The notes: a model not told the origin generated them from the letters alone. Positions 42,047-51,022 are shown, counted from the stretch's first letter. The stretch: DNA of 64,000 nt from Candidatus Babelota bacterium (GCA_013287265.1 JABDEC010000005.1:265-64264), one strand, 5' to 3'. Made by a program: numbers and translations.

Positions 42047-42110
42047 TTAGATATTACTTTAATATTTTTTTCATAAAATATTTTTATGATTTGGCGGGCA
42101 ATTTTCAATT
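42047..42110. repeat. second copy of the 65-nt shared 3' junction
   Basis: See 39993-40057. Confidence 0.85.
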
Positions 42111-42563
42111 ACTCCAAAGATTTCATATCCATTTTTTAAATAAAAATCTTTTGCCTGAAAATCAAATGTATCTAAATGAATTAAATAGCACCCTTTTGCT
42201 TTTGCTTCAGTCTCAATTTTATTTAACAAGATTGCTCCCATAACCTTTACTTCTATATTTTTCATCTACATATAAAATGTTAATGTATAAAATTTTCCAG
42301 CAATATAAAGTAGATGTTATTCCACCAATTATATTTCCAGATTCATCTTTAAGTACATAATTTATGTCTATAAAATTTTGTTCTTGAGTAAAAGGAACTT
42401 TTTTAGAATTAAATTCAATCAATTTGTTTTCAAGATAATTAACATCTTTTGATGTGCATTGCGCAATATTAACTAATGCTTGAATATTTTGCGCATCTTT
42501 GCTGTTCATTTGTTGTCCAAAATTCAAAATAACGATCACCAAAAGAAAAATGCCAATATTCAT
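42071..42563 (-). pseudogene. GNAT acetyltransferase split by a +1 frameshift
   Basis: ORF 42219-42563 ends ...VDEKYRSKGYGSNLVK*. ORF 42071-42265 continues AILLNKIETEAKAKGCYLIHLDTFDFQAKDFYLKNGY. Skipping one base near 42236 restores RSKGYGAILL (the R-x-x-G-x-G/A motif). Confidence 0.75.
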
Positions 42564-43347
42564 ATGAATAGTTTACCAATCCCGCTTTTGTTGCTGCAAT
42601 TAATAAGTATAATCTGTTCATTTTTTGCGCATCAGAAATATTTTCTGAAAATGTTTGAGCTTCTTTATTTTCTCCCCAAATAACACCGAATTTTCCTAAA
42701 TCAACAAAATCATTTGTCTCGTTATTCCATAATCTGATATCAATTGCCGCGCCAGTTGAATGCACAGGAATATTATTTTTTACAGGTGAAACCCATTTTG
42801 CAGTTTCAATTTCTATTTCCTCATCTTTTAAATTAGGATTTTTTAATTTTATTTCATCAAATTTATTTTTAAACAGTTTTTCCTGAGTTTTAAGATCACG
42901 TAAACCTTCAAAAACTTTAATTATAATTTTTTCTTTTTTGTAGCCAAAAATTTCTGCGTATACATCCAAATAATTCAACATTTCTTGTAATCGCCAATAA
43001 ACTTCTTTGCGAATTTTTGATGCACTTGGTAACCCGGAATTGCAATCTGGACTTGAAAATGGCTTATCAGGTTTAGAATCTGGCAGCATTGATATTCTTG
43101 AATTTTCAATTTCACGAATATCTATTAACTGCTCATTATTTTCAACAATTGGAATTTGTTTTATTTTTGAATTAGAAATTGCAGGTGAATTTCCTTGGGC
43201 AAAAGCAATTTGTTGATCTTTAATTATTTGCAAAGAAATATCTTTAAAAATAAAGTCATGTTCAGAAAATATTTCTTTCCAACTCTTTGCTGCCAAATTG
43301 TTTATCAAAAGGAAAATAAAAAGATGTTTGAATTTCATGTTTGGCAC
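42469..43347 (-). CDS. M15 family D-Ala-D-Ala dipeptidase/carboxypeptidase-like protein with signal peptide
   Basis: VHSTGAAIDIRLW and EYWHFSFGD motifs. Confidence 0.75.
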   Translation of the reverse strand: MPNMKFKHLFIFLLINNLAAKSWKEIFSEHDFIFKDISLQIIKDQQIAFAQGNSPAISNSKIKQIPIVENNEQLIDIREIENSRISMLPDSKPDKPFSSPDCNSGLPSASKIRKEVYWRLQEMLNYLDVYAEIFGYKKEKIIIKVFEGLRDLKTQEKLFKNKFDEIKLKNPNLKDEEIEIETAKWVSPVKNNIPVHSTGAAIDIRLWNNETNDFVDLGKFGVIWGENKEAQTFSENISDAQKMNRLYLLIAATKAGLVNYSYEYWHFSFGDRYFEFWTTNEQQRCAKYSSIS

Positions 43348-43419
43348 CGATGTTTAGTTATAAAATGTATATAAATTATTATTACAAAAATGATGCAAAA
43401 ATAAAGATTTTTTAATCTT

Positions 43420-44778
43420 TTATACAAAAAAATCGTGAATTTCTAATTTTGAATTTTTTTTAGGAACCCAATTCACTTTTTTTGAAATAAATTCGCCCAA
43501 ATAATTTTTTGCATATTTTAATATGTCTGTGTGGTCAAGTTGTTCAGGAAAGCAAATTCCCTTGTTTGGGTTTTCTATCATATATTTTAATGCTGAAATT
43601 ACACCGGCCGATACCTGCATTACTGTCGCATTTTGAGATGGTAAAATTTTATTTGTTTCTTCAATAGATAATTTTGTTCCTGTCCACCAGCAATTTTTAT
43701 TTTCACTCAATAATAAACAGCCAAGTGTGTCAGCACCCGAAAGAATATCTTCATTCATTATTTTGTGGTTTTCATGGACTAAATAATCTCTGTCTTTTAA
43801 TTCATTTAAAGATTTTTTTGCATGATGGTTTGGATTATAAACAAAAATTGTTGTTGGGCGATAAATTATTTTTCCATTTTCTTTAATTGTTAAATAATCT
43901 GAAATGCTAAAATTTTCGTCATGTGCAGGGATAATTCCATTAAATTCTTTATCAGGCAGCCATGATTTTAAATTGATATGCATTGCTCTATCTTTAAAAA
44001 ATAGATTTGCATTTTCTAGATCAGATTTTTTAGGAATAAGATTTTCATGTGAACCGAATGAAATTTCTGCTCCGCTTGTAGATTCCTTTACGAATTCAAA
44101 AATACTCCATGTGTTTATAAATTCATTAATATCTTTTTCAAGAGAACTTATTTGTGAATCTTCTTCGCTTATATGAATTGTTTTGATATTCAACAAATTT
44201 GCCAGAGTTGAAAAATTATTTTCCTGTAATGCAAGTTCCAGATTTATTGTTAAATTTGATTTTGGATTTTCATTAATTGTTTGCATAGCAAGATCGATTA
44301 ATGCCTGTTTGGCAAATGAAGAAACTAAGCCAGGATTAGCTCCATGAGAAATTATTGCAGTTGATCTTTTTTTCTTTTGTTTTTTTGAAAAATTAGAAAC
44401 ATGATTGTATAAATCATATGTTCTGAAATCTTTAATAAATCGCCAAGCATTAAGAGCAGTATTTAAGTATAGAATATTGTTGTTCTGGCACCAAGTTAGA
44501 ATTTCGCACGTATCAAGTCCGCTTGCTAAATCAATGCAAATATCGCCAGGTTTTAAATATTTTTGAAATTTTTCCTGATAATTTTCTCTTAAAACTGAAC
44601 CGATTTCATAATTAAGACCATTTTTTATTAAACTTTCAACTTTGTGTCTGTTGTCTATAGGATCAATAACAGTTACTTTATCCGGATTTATTTTTATTTC
44701 TTTAAAAATAAGCGGAAGTGAGCATTGTGAAACTGCTCCGCAACCCAGAACTAAAATATTGCCATTGAATTGAATCAT
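43420..44778 (-). CDS. saccharopine dehydrogenase-fold NAD-binding enzyme, probable homospermidine synthase
   Basis: NILVLGCGAVSQCSLPLI Rossmann N-terminus; length and overall pattern resemble bacterial homospermidine synthases. Confidence 0.55.
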   Translation of the reverse strand: MIQFNGNILVLGCGAVSQCSLPLIFKEIKINPDKVTVIDPIDNRHKVESLIKNGLNYEIGSVLRENYQEKFQKYLKPGDICIDLASGLDTCEILTWCQNNNILYLNTALNAWRFIKDFRTYDLYNHVSNFSKKQKKKRSTAIISHGANPGLVSSFAKQALIDLAMQTINENPKSNLTINLELALQENNFSTLANLLNIKTIHISEEDSQISSLEKDINEFINTWSIFEFVKESTSGAEISFGSHENLIPKKSDLENANLFFKDRAMHINLKSWLPDKEFNGIIPAHDENFSISDYLTIKENGKIIYRPTTIFVYNPNHHAKKSLNELKDRDYLVHENHKIMNEDILSGADTLGCLLLSENKNCWWTGTKLSIEETNKILPSQNATVMQVSAGVISALKYMIENPNKGICFPEQLDHTDILKYAKNYLGEFISKKVNWVPKKNSKLEIHDFFV

Positions 44779-44833
44779 TTTTCTCTCCCTTTGTGATTCA
44801 ATTATAAAAATTTCAGGTTATTAAAGGCAATAT

Positions 44834-45100
44834 TTATCCATTACTTTGATTTTTTACCATTTTGTTGAAAAATGGATAATATGGACTTTTTCGTTTGGAT
44901 GGTTTTTTCCCTGGATTTTTGTGGTGATGAAATTTTCTATTAGTTCGATAAAATTTTGCTTTATTTATATATTTTCGATTTAAGAATATCTTTTTAGAAT
45001 CGTCATTATTTGTTTCAGTTTGAATATCTTCACTAATCTCGGACGAATTAATATAATTTGCGATAAAAAAAATTACAAATAAAAATAAATATTTTTTCAT
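44834..45100 (-). CDS. small secreted basic protein
   Basis: Signal peptide; Lys/His/Pro-rich C-terminal half. Confidence 0.45.
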   Translation of the reverse strand: MKKYLFLFVIFFIANYINSSEISEDIQTETNNDDSKKIFLNRKYINKAKFYRTNRKFHHHKNPGKKPSKRKSPYYPFFNKMVKNQSNG

Positions 45101-45185
45101 AAAAAGCCTTTTGATAAAAACATGGTGAAAATTATTACAAATTAGTATAATTATATTATTATTATTTATTATTTTTACAACGACT

Positions 45186-45344
45186 ATGAAGTTTTTTTAT
45201 CAGCCTCCTTTACCTCCGCCACCTCCACCAACGAATACAAAATTTGATTGGCAAGATTTTGAATATATTGCAGATCTTGATAATGAAGATGTTGAATTGG
45301 ATAATGATTTTGAAGAAAATGAAGAATCTGATTTAATTCATTAA
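45186..45344 (+). CDS. 52-aa ORF: polyproline tract followed by an acidic Trp/Phe-containing tail
   Basis: MKFFYQPPLPPPPPPTNTKFDWQDFEYIADLDNEDVELDNDFEENEESDLIH*; the G+C-rich Pro codon run is atypical for non-coding DNA here. Confidence 0.35.
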   Translation: MKFFYQPPLPPPPPPTNTKFDWQDFEYIADLDNEDVELDNDFEENEESDLIH

Positions 45345-45411
45345 TTTGGATATCTGATTTTAATAAATTATAATATTCAAGAGTTAATTATTTAAAAATT
45401 TTAAGGTTAAA

Positions 45412-46500
45412 ATGAAAAAAAATTTATTATTTAAAATTGGTTTAATTAAATTGGCCTTTTTAATCTCTTTTTTAAATATTAATAATTTAACTTATTCAGA
45501 TGATAATAGAAATTTTTATTGCAAAGTTGCCTCAGTAATTGTTGGAGTTGGAATTTTTTCAATTTTAATGGCTAAATTTTTTAAAAAATCTGATCAGCAA
45601 ATTATTAATGAAGCAAAAAAAGCATTAGAATGTGAATATTTTTATTGTGTCGAACTTTCTATTTTTGAAAGTTATTTTTCAATTTTAAATTTATCCAATG
45701 CTGATAAAGAAAAAATAATTAATGACGTTAATGAAGAAATTAATTATCAATTATCCGGATGTCTTAATAAGTTTGTAAATATGGACGATTATATTCGTAT
45801 AAATAGTTATATTCATCAATTAGAATCTCAAGTTAATAATCTTAAATATTATAAAAAAAGCCTAGAAGAACGATTAAATAAAAATGAAATCAATGATTCT
45901 TTACTCGAAGAAAAACAAAATTTATTGATAAAAATGAATAATTTAATTTTAAAATTAGATTTTTTACATAAATTTGTGCGTAAGCATAAAAGTTATTTTT
46001 CATTAATAAAAACCACTACACTTTTAATGCAAATTTATTCTGATGAAATTATGATATTAAGTCGTTGTAATCAGTCAAATTTAGAAATGTCGTTAATAAA
46101 ATGCGCAAGAGTAAAATTCAATAAAGAAAAAGTTACAAAACTCATTAAGTATGCGTTTAATCTTGAGAATAATATTGCTGACTTGGGTTATGATTTGAAT
46201 CATCTTTCGTTTAATTATGCGTATTTAATGCAGGAAGGTTTGACTTTAAAAAATAACTTAACAACAATTTGGAATATTATTGTTGGCTCGGAAGAATATT
46301 TAAAAGAGCAAAGGGAATATGAAGCAGCAAGAAAAGAAGAAGAAAGATTAGCAATGGAAAGAGAAAAATTGGCTTTAAAAGAACGTGAAGTTTTTGCAAG
46401 AGAGCGAGAAGCTTTAGCCAAATTAAAAGAAACTGAATTAAAACAAAAAGAATTGCTTCAAAACAAGCCAAACATTCATATTCATTATCCTGCAAGATAA
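45412..46500 (+). CDS. membrane-anchored coiled-coil protein
   Basis: N-terminal hydrophobic segments; long heptad-like regions; E/K/R-rich C-terminus. Confidence 0.55.
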   Translation: MKKNLLFKIGLIKLAFLISFLNINNLTYSDDNRNFYCKVASVIVGVGIFSILMAKFFKKSDQQIINEAKKALECEYFYCVELSIFESYFSILNLSNADKEKIINDVNEEINYQLSGCLNKFVNMDDYIRINSYIHQLESQVNNLKYYKKSLEERLNKNEINDSLLEEKQNLLIKMNNLILKLDFLHKFVRKHKSYFSLIKTTTLLMQIYSDEIMILSRCNQSNLEMSLIKCARVKFNKEKVTKLIKYAFNLENNIADLGYDLNHLSFNYAYLMQEGLTLKNNLTTIWNIIVGSEEYLKEQREYEAARKEEERLAMEREKLALKEREVFAREREALAKLKETELKQKELLQNKPNIHIHYPAR

Positions 46501-47175
46501 TTATTTCTTAAATTTAGCAAAAAATTTTGGCATTAAAATTGTTAAAATTAAAAAAAATAGACCTAAAAAAATCGGAATAATAAAAATTTCCGTCACTGAA
46601 TGTATTTCGTGCAACCTGGTGCCAGAATAAGAATATAGAAAAGAAATTGGAATAATTCCAACTATGCTTGCAAAAATAAAAGTAGTTAAATGAATGGGAC
46701 TCAATGCGCCTAAAAAATTTATAATTGATGTTGGCAACACAGGAACAATTCGTAACAATACAAAATAAATTGTCTCTTTTTTTTTGATTTTATCTTTCAT
46801 TTTAATATATTTTTTCGGTGAAAAATTTTTGTGATGTCTTATAAAATATCTGAAAAAAATGAATGCAATTGTGGACCCGATTGATATTGCAATTGTTGAA
46901 TAAATTCCTCCCAAAATTGCACCGAATAAATAACCACCTGAAAGTGCTACGACAGTATCTCCACCAGGAATTGGAACTGTTGAAAGTATTATATGAAGCA
47001 GCATAAAAATTAAGACTGACAAAAAATAATTTTCATTAACATTTTTTTGTAATATGGCATCATTTTTTTTTATATTTTCTAAGGTAAAAATTTGATCGAA
47101 TTCGTAATATTTAATCAGAATAAAACTAAGCACAAAAAATAAAGAAATTAAAATTATCCTTTTTTTGTTCATCAT
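46501..47175 (-). CDS. TVP38/TMEM64 (DedA-related) family membrane protein
   Basis: VPIPGGDTVVALSGGYLFG motif; multiple TM segments. Confidence 0.7.
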   Translation of the reverse strand: MMNKKRIILISLFFVLSFILIKYYEFDQIFTLENIKKNDAILQKNVNENYFLSVLIFMLLHIILSTVPIPGGDTVVALSGGYLFGAILGGIYSTIAISIGSTIAFIFFRYFIRHHKNFSPKKYIKMKDKIKKKETIYFVLLRIVPVLPTSIINFLGALSPIHLTTFIFASIVGIIPISFLYSYSGTRLHEIHSVTEIFIIPIFLGLFFLILTILMPKFFAKFKK

Positions 47176-47230
47176 TTCTCCGGATTTTTAATATTATTTA
47201 ATATAAAAATGGAGATATAAAATAAGCAAT

Positions 47231-47261
47231 AAAAAAGAGCTCCATTTTAGAAGCTCTTTTT
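47231..47261 (-). terminator. intrinsic terminator after 47286-47687
   Basis: Minus strand: aaagagcttc-taaaatg-gagctcttt followed by a T run. Confidence 0.7.
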
Positions 47262-47285
47262 ATGGTTTGTAGATCTATTAAATGA

Positions 47286-47687
47286 TTAGTCCTTTTCTCC
47301 CATCTCAAAATTTCCGCCTTCAATTATTAATGGGTTTACACTTTTTATAACAATTTTCTCGCTTCCAACATTATTTGCTACATCAGCCTTTGTTACCGTT
47401 TTAGGATCTAAATAATATCTTATTTTGATAACATCGCCTTGATAGAAATCTACACTTCTTCCATTTTCTAATCTAATAAATGGCAGATACCATTTTGGCG
47501 GCAGAAATGTTCCTGGTTGCCTTTCACTACAGGTAACAGCTTTTGTTTTTCCCCAACCGTTAACCCAAACATCTCTATCAGCTTCATTTTTTATATTTAT
47601 TTTAGTAAATCCCGGCAGAACGATACATAAAACCGAGCTTGAAATACCTAAAGTTAGGCCTAAAACTAACATACTTAACTTCTTCAT
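47286..47687 (-). CDS. hypothetical secreted protein
   Basis: ATG 47687 is preceded by aaaaggag; signal peptide MKKLSMLVLGLTLGISSSVLC. Confidence 0.6.
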   Translation of the reverse strand: MKKLSMLVLGLTLGISSSVLCIVLPGFTKINIKNEADRDVWVNGWGKTKAVTCSERQPGTFLPPKWYLPFIRLENGRSVDFYQGDVIKIRYYLDPKTVTKADVANNVGSEKIVIKSVNPLIIEGGNFEMGEKD

Positions 47688-47862
47688 ATTCACTCCTTTT
47701 TTAACCATAAAACTTACTTTCTATCCTAATGGTAACAGAACTGATATTTAAAAAGCAATATTTTAAGGCATTTTTATTAAATTTATTACAAATATTGAAT
47801 TTAATATGGTGTTTTTGATAGGATAATAAAAAGAATAAAAACTTAAAATAAAAGGAGATTCA

Positions 47863-48216
47863 ATGAAAAAATTAGTTTTGTTAATGATTTTTGCGTCCTC
47901 ATTTGCGTGTAAGCTTGTGAGTTATGAATATTCACATAGAGCTTTACCAGATGAAGGTTGTTTGGATGTTTGTAGGAGTGTTATTAGGGACATTACTTAT
48001 ACAAATCTAAAAGCAAGAATTGCAATTGGTAAAGGGTATGGAGAGAATCCTAAACCTAATAGGTGCACATATCATTTTAATAATGGATTGCGTTCGCATG
48101 ACCTTGCAGTAGGAAGAATGGCGGCTAACCGAAATAATTGTATGAATAGAATCACAACCCGAACTGGTCCACTTAATTCAGATGGTACCAAAACGTGTTA
48201 CTGTGTTATTCAATAA
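47863..48216 (+). CDS. secreted basic cysteine-rich protein, array member 1
   Basis: aaggag RBS, signal peptide; CLDVC...RCTYHF...NCMNRI...CYC. Confidence 0.7.
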   Translation: MKKLVLLMIFASSFACKLVSYEYSHRALPDEGCLDVCRSVIRDITYTNLKARIAIGKGYGENPKPNRCTYHFNNGLRSHDLAVGRMAANRNNCMNRITTRTGPLNSDGTKTCYCVIQ

Positions 48217-48243
48217 TTAAATGAAAAAATATAGAGAACAATT

Positions 48244-48594
48244 ATGAAAAAATTAATTTTGTTATGTGCATATTCGTTTGTTTTCAATCTTGTGAGTTAT
48301 GAATATTCACATAGAGCTTTAGCAAGTGAAAATTGTTTGGATGTTTGTAGGAGTTTTGTTAGGGATATTTCGTATACTAACTTACCGGAACAAGTAATAT
48401 GTCGTAGTAGAGCTTACTGTGACAATCCTAACCCTAATAGATGCACATATCATTTTCATAGAGGATTACGTTCACACGACCTTGCAGTAGGAAGAATGGC
48501 GGCTAATCGAAATAATTGTATGAATAGAATTACGAGCCGAACTGGTCCACTTAATTCAGATGATACCAAAATGTGTTATTGTTTTATTCAATAA
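48244..48594 (+). CDS. secreted basic cysteine-rich protein, array member 2 (close paralog of member 1)
   Basis: CLDVC...RCTYHF...NCMNRI...CYC; long identical stretch HDLAVGRMAANRNNCMNRIT. Confidence 0.7.
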   Translation: MKKLILLCAYSFVFNLVSYEYSHRALASENCLDVCRSFVRDISYTNLPEQVICRSRAYCDNPNPNRCTYHFHRGLRSHDLAVGRMAANRNNCMNRITSRTGPLNSDDTKMCYCFIQ

Positions 48595-48617
48595 TTAAGG
48601 GAAAAAAAGAGTTAACG

Positions 48618-49001
48618 ATGAAAAAATCAATTTTGTTAATGACCGCGATTTGTTTTTTTAATTTGAATTTATTAATGAGTGAGGTGCCGCTTGATCGTGT
48701 AGGGCCAAATGAATTTCTAATCACTGTCGCACAGCATGATAAATGTAGAGATGCTTGCAAGAGTTTTTTGGATGAAAATAATGTAGGTGTTCGTTATGGC
48801 ACTCCTGGAAGTAATAATCATTTTTGTGATTGTAATTTAAAATCATATTTGGGCAGACGTTTGCCATCTAGGTCAATTAGGACACATTATAATGCAACAA
48901 AAGCAGAATGTGTGAATTTATGTAGAGATAATTTAAGAAATGTGAGACCAAGAACTGATACTAATACAAGAACAAATATTTGTACTTGTAGGATTGGATG
49001 A
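48618..49001 (+). CDS. secreted basic cysteine-rich protein, array member 3
   Basis: ATG 48618 gives MKKSILLMTAICFF; CRDAC...CDC...CVNLC...CTC. Confidence 0.7.
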   Translation: MKKSILLMTAICFFNLNLLMSEVPLDRVGPNEFLITVAQHDKCRDACKSFLDENNVGVRYGTPGSNNHFCDCNLKSYLGRRLPSRSIRTHYNATKAECVNLCRDNLRNVRPRTDTNTRTNICTCRIG

Positions 49002-49016
49002 AAAAAAGGAATAAAA

Positions 49017-49406
49017 ATGAAAAAATTCATTTTTTTAGTAGTTTTTGTATTTAATATAAATATTTTTGGTATTTCAGTGATTCCGCGCGCTGGACGTTCA
49101 GGTAGATTTGAAATCACAATTCATAAAAATGAAAATTGTGACTTTCATTGTAAGGATGCTTTAGATGTAAATAATGTCAAATTTATAAACCGCTTCCAGT
49201 TGCCAGGTGATCGTATTAGGGACAACTGCTATTGTAATCTTACGAGAGGAAGAAATTTGCCAGCAGTCATTTTGCAAATTCCAGTGTATACAGCCTCAAG
49301 AGAAAGGTGTGCGGAAGAATGTAGAAAAAGATTAAAAAGTATAGGCGAAAAAGTGGATGTTGCGACAGGTACAAAAACTTGTACATGTTTTAATGGAGCG
49401 CTTTGA
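49017..49406 (+). CDS. secreted basic cysteine-rich protein, array member 4
   Basis: CDFHC...CYC...CAEEC...CTC. Confidence 0.7.
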   Translation: MKKFIFLVVFVFNINIFGISVIPRAGRSGRFEITIHKNENCDFHCKDALDVNNVKFINRFQLPGDRIRDNCYCNLTRGRNLPAVILQIPVYTASRERCAEECRKRLKSIGEKVDVATGTKTCTCFNGAL

Positions 49407-49421
49407 AAATAAGGAATAAAA

Positions 49422-49751
49422 ATGAAAAAAATAATTTTGTTAGCAATTGTGCTTTGTTCATTTAATTTTAAAATATTAAATTGCAGAAATTTTAGAATTC
49501 ATGAACACCGGATTAACCCAAAGGATGATTGTACATATTTCTGCAAGAATCAGTGGTTCAATGGCGCCAGTGCCAGCGCCACCACTAATCATTGCACTTG
49601 CCATTTTAGATTTGGTGAACCACAAATGCGTGTAAACACAGGAGCATCCGGCGTGGGATGTACTGCTTTTTGTAAAAATAGAATAAGATTGGAAAAGGAA
49701 AGATTTGACTCAGTTAATAATAAAAAAATATGTACTTGTGTTTTTGATTAA
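49422..49751 (+). CDS. secreted basic cysteine-rich protein, array member 5
   Basis: CTYFC...CTC...CTAFC...CTC. Confidence 0.7.
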   Translation: MKKIILLAIVLCSFNFKILNCRNFRIHEHRINPKDDCTYFCKNQWFNGASASATTNHCTCHFRFGEPQMRVNTGASGVGCTAFCKNRIRLEKERFDSVNNKKICTCVFD

Positions 49752-49761
49752 AGGAATAAAA

Positions 49762-50061
49762 ATGAAAAAAATAATTTTGTTAATGATTGTGATTTGCTTT
49801 TTTAATTTCAAAACATTTGGTGGTGATTGGAATGTAAGAAATTCGAATTGTCAAAATTCTACCATTAGAATTCTAGAATGGGATGCGCATGGGTGTGTAT
49901 TTACAATAAATGGTCGGCGAAGAAGCGTTCGATTGCCACGGCATCAATGTTTTAACTTGGATTTTTTGAGAAGTAGAATTTGTACTAGAAAAAGTCGATC
50001 GAATCCAGACGGTTCCATAACCCATACATGTTATTTTAATACAAGTGGACCTTGTCATTGA
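49762..50061 (+). CDS. secreted cysteine-rich protein, array member 6 (divergent)
   Basis: ATG 49762 follows aaaggaataaaa as for member 5; signal peptide; six Cys but no CxxxC. Confidence 0.6.
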   Translation: MKKIILLMIVICFFNFKTFGGDWNVRNSNCQNSTIRILEWDAHGCVFTINGRRRSVRLPRHQCFNLDFLRSRICTRKSRSNPDGSITHTCYFNTSGPCH

Positions 50062-50071
50062 GATTAGTAAT

Positions 50072-51022
50072 TTAAAATCCAATTAATTGACATTCAGGTT
50101 GTGGAACAATACCAAATTGTTCTTTAACTAAATTCTGCATTTTTTGCGTTAATTGAATAATGTCATTTGAAGTTGCATTTGCCAGATTGACTATCATGTT
50201 TGCATGTTGGTGAGAAACAATTGCATCACCAACTTTTAAAACGCCTTTGACGCCGATCTTATCAAGATAGTAAGCTACAAAAATTAATTTTTTACCGCCA
50301 CTTTCTAATGTAACTTCATTTTCATAAAAATTCCTGAAAAAGCTTCCGCATGTTCCCTTTGTTGGGTATCTTTTTGCGCGATGTCTTATCATTTCATCGC
50401 GTCTTCCTTTGCAATATGCACTTTCAATTTCATTAATTTTTTTTAGTTTAAATGTAGCATTGAGCAAGAAATGTTCTTTTAATTGCAATGTTGAATTATT
50501 GTAACCAAAATTAAACCAGGAATTATCAACATCTAAAATTTTGCCTGATTGTTTTTCAATTACTTGTGCTGAAATTAAAAATTGACTTAATAAAAATTCA
50601 AAATAATGAATATTTATAAAAGCAGAGCCGCCAACTGTGCCTGGTATTCCACTAAATTCTTCAAGGTTAGAAAAATTATTATCAAGGCAAATATCTATTA
50701 AATTTTGAAATTTAACACCTGCGCCAGCCGTAACAAAATCATTATTAAAAATAATTTCTTTTAATTGCGGCCTTATGACTAATCCTTTAAATCCATCATC
50801 GCTTATTAAAATATTGGCGCCTTCTCCAAGCACAAAAATTTCAAGATTTTTTTCTTTTGCAAAATTGAGTGATTGAGCAAAAGTTGCATTATCAAATGGT
50901 TCTGCAAAATATCTTGCATTGCCGCCTGTTTGAAACCAATTTTTATCTTTTAATGAAATATTTTCCTGAATTAAAAAATTAGAGGTTTGTTGATTAAAAT
51001 TTTGTTTATTTATTTTTTGCAT
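50072..51022 (-). CDS. murB: UDP-N-acetylenolpyruvoylglucosamine reductase
   Basis: FQTGGNARYF, GEGANILISD, GIPGTVGGSAFINIHYF, GSFFRN. Confidence 0.9.
   Translation of the reverse strand: MQKINKQNFNQQTSNFLIQENISLKDKNWFQTGGNARYFAEPFDNATFAQSLNFAKEKNLEIFVLGEGANILISDDGFKGLVIRPQLKEIIFNNDFVTAGAGVKFQNLIDICLDNNFSNLEEFSGIPGTVGGSAFINIHYFEFLLSQFLISAQVIEKQSGKILDVDNSWFNFGYNNSTLQLKEHFLLNATFKLKKINEIESAYCKGRRDEMIRHRAKRYPTKGTCGSFFRNFYENEVTLESGGKKLIFVAYYLDKIGVKGVLKVGDAIVSHQHANMIVNLANATSNDIIQLTQKMQNLVKEQFGIVPQPECQLIGF

Noticed and set aside
39993-42110. Integron cassette attC sites as an explanation for the shared 65-nt 3' junction
   Set aside because: No integrase gene, no attI and no recognisable RYYYAAC/GTTRRRY core sites. 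The element is mostly an AT-rich short palindrome, so ordinary duplication or recombination is more parsimonious.
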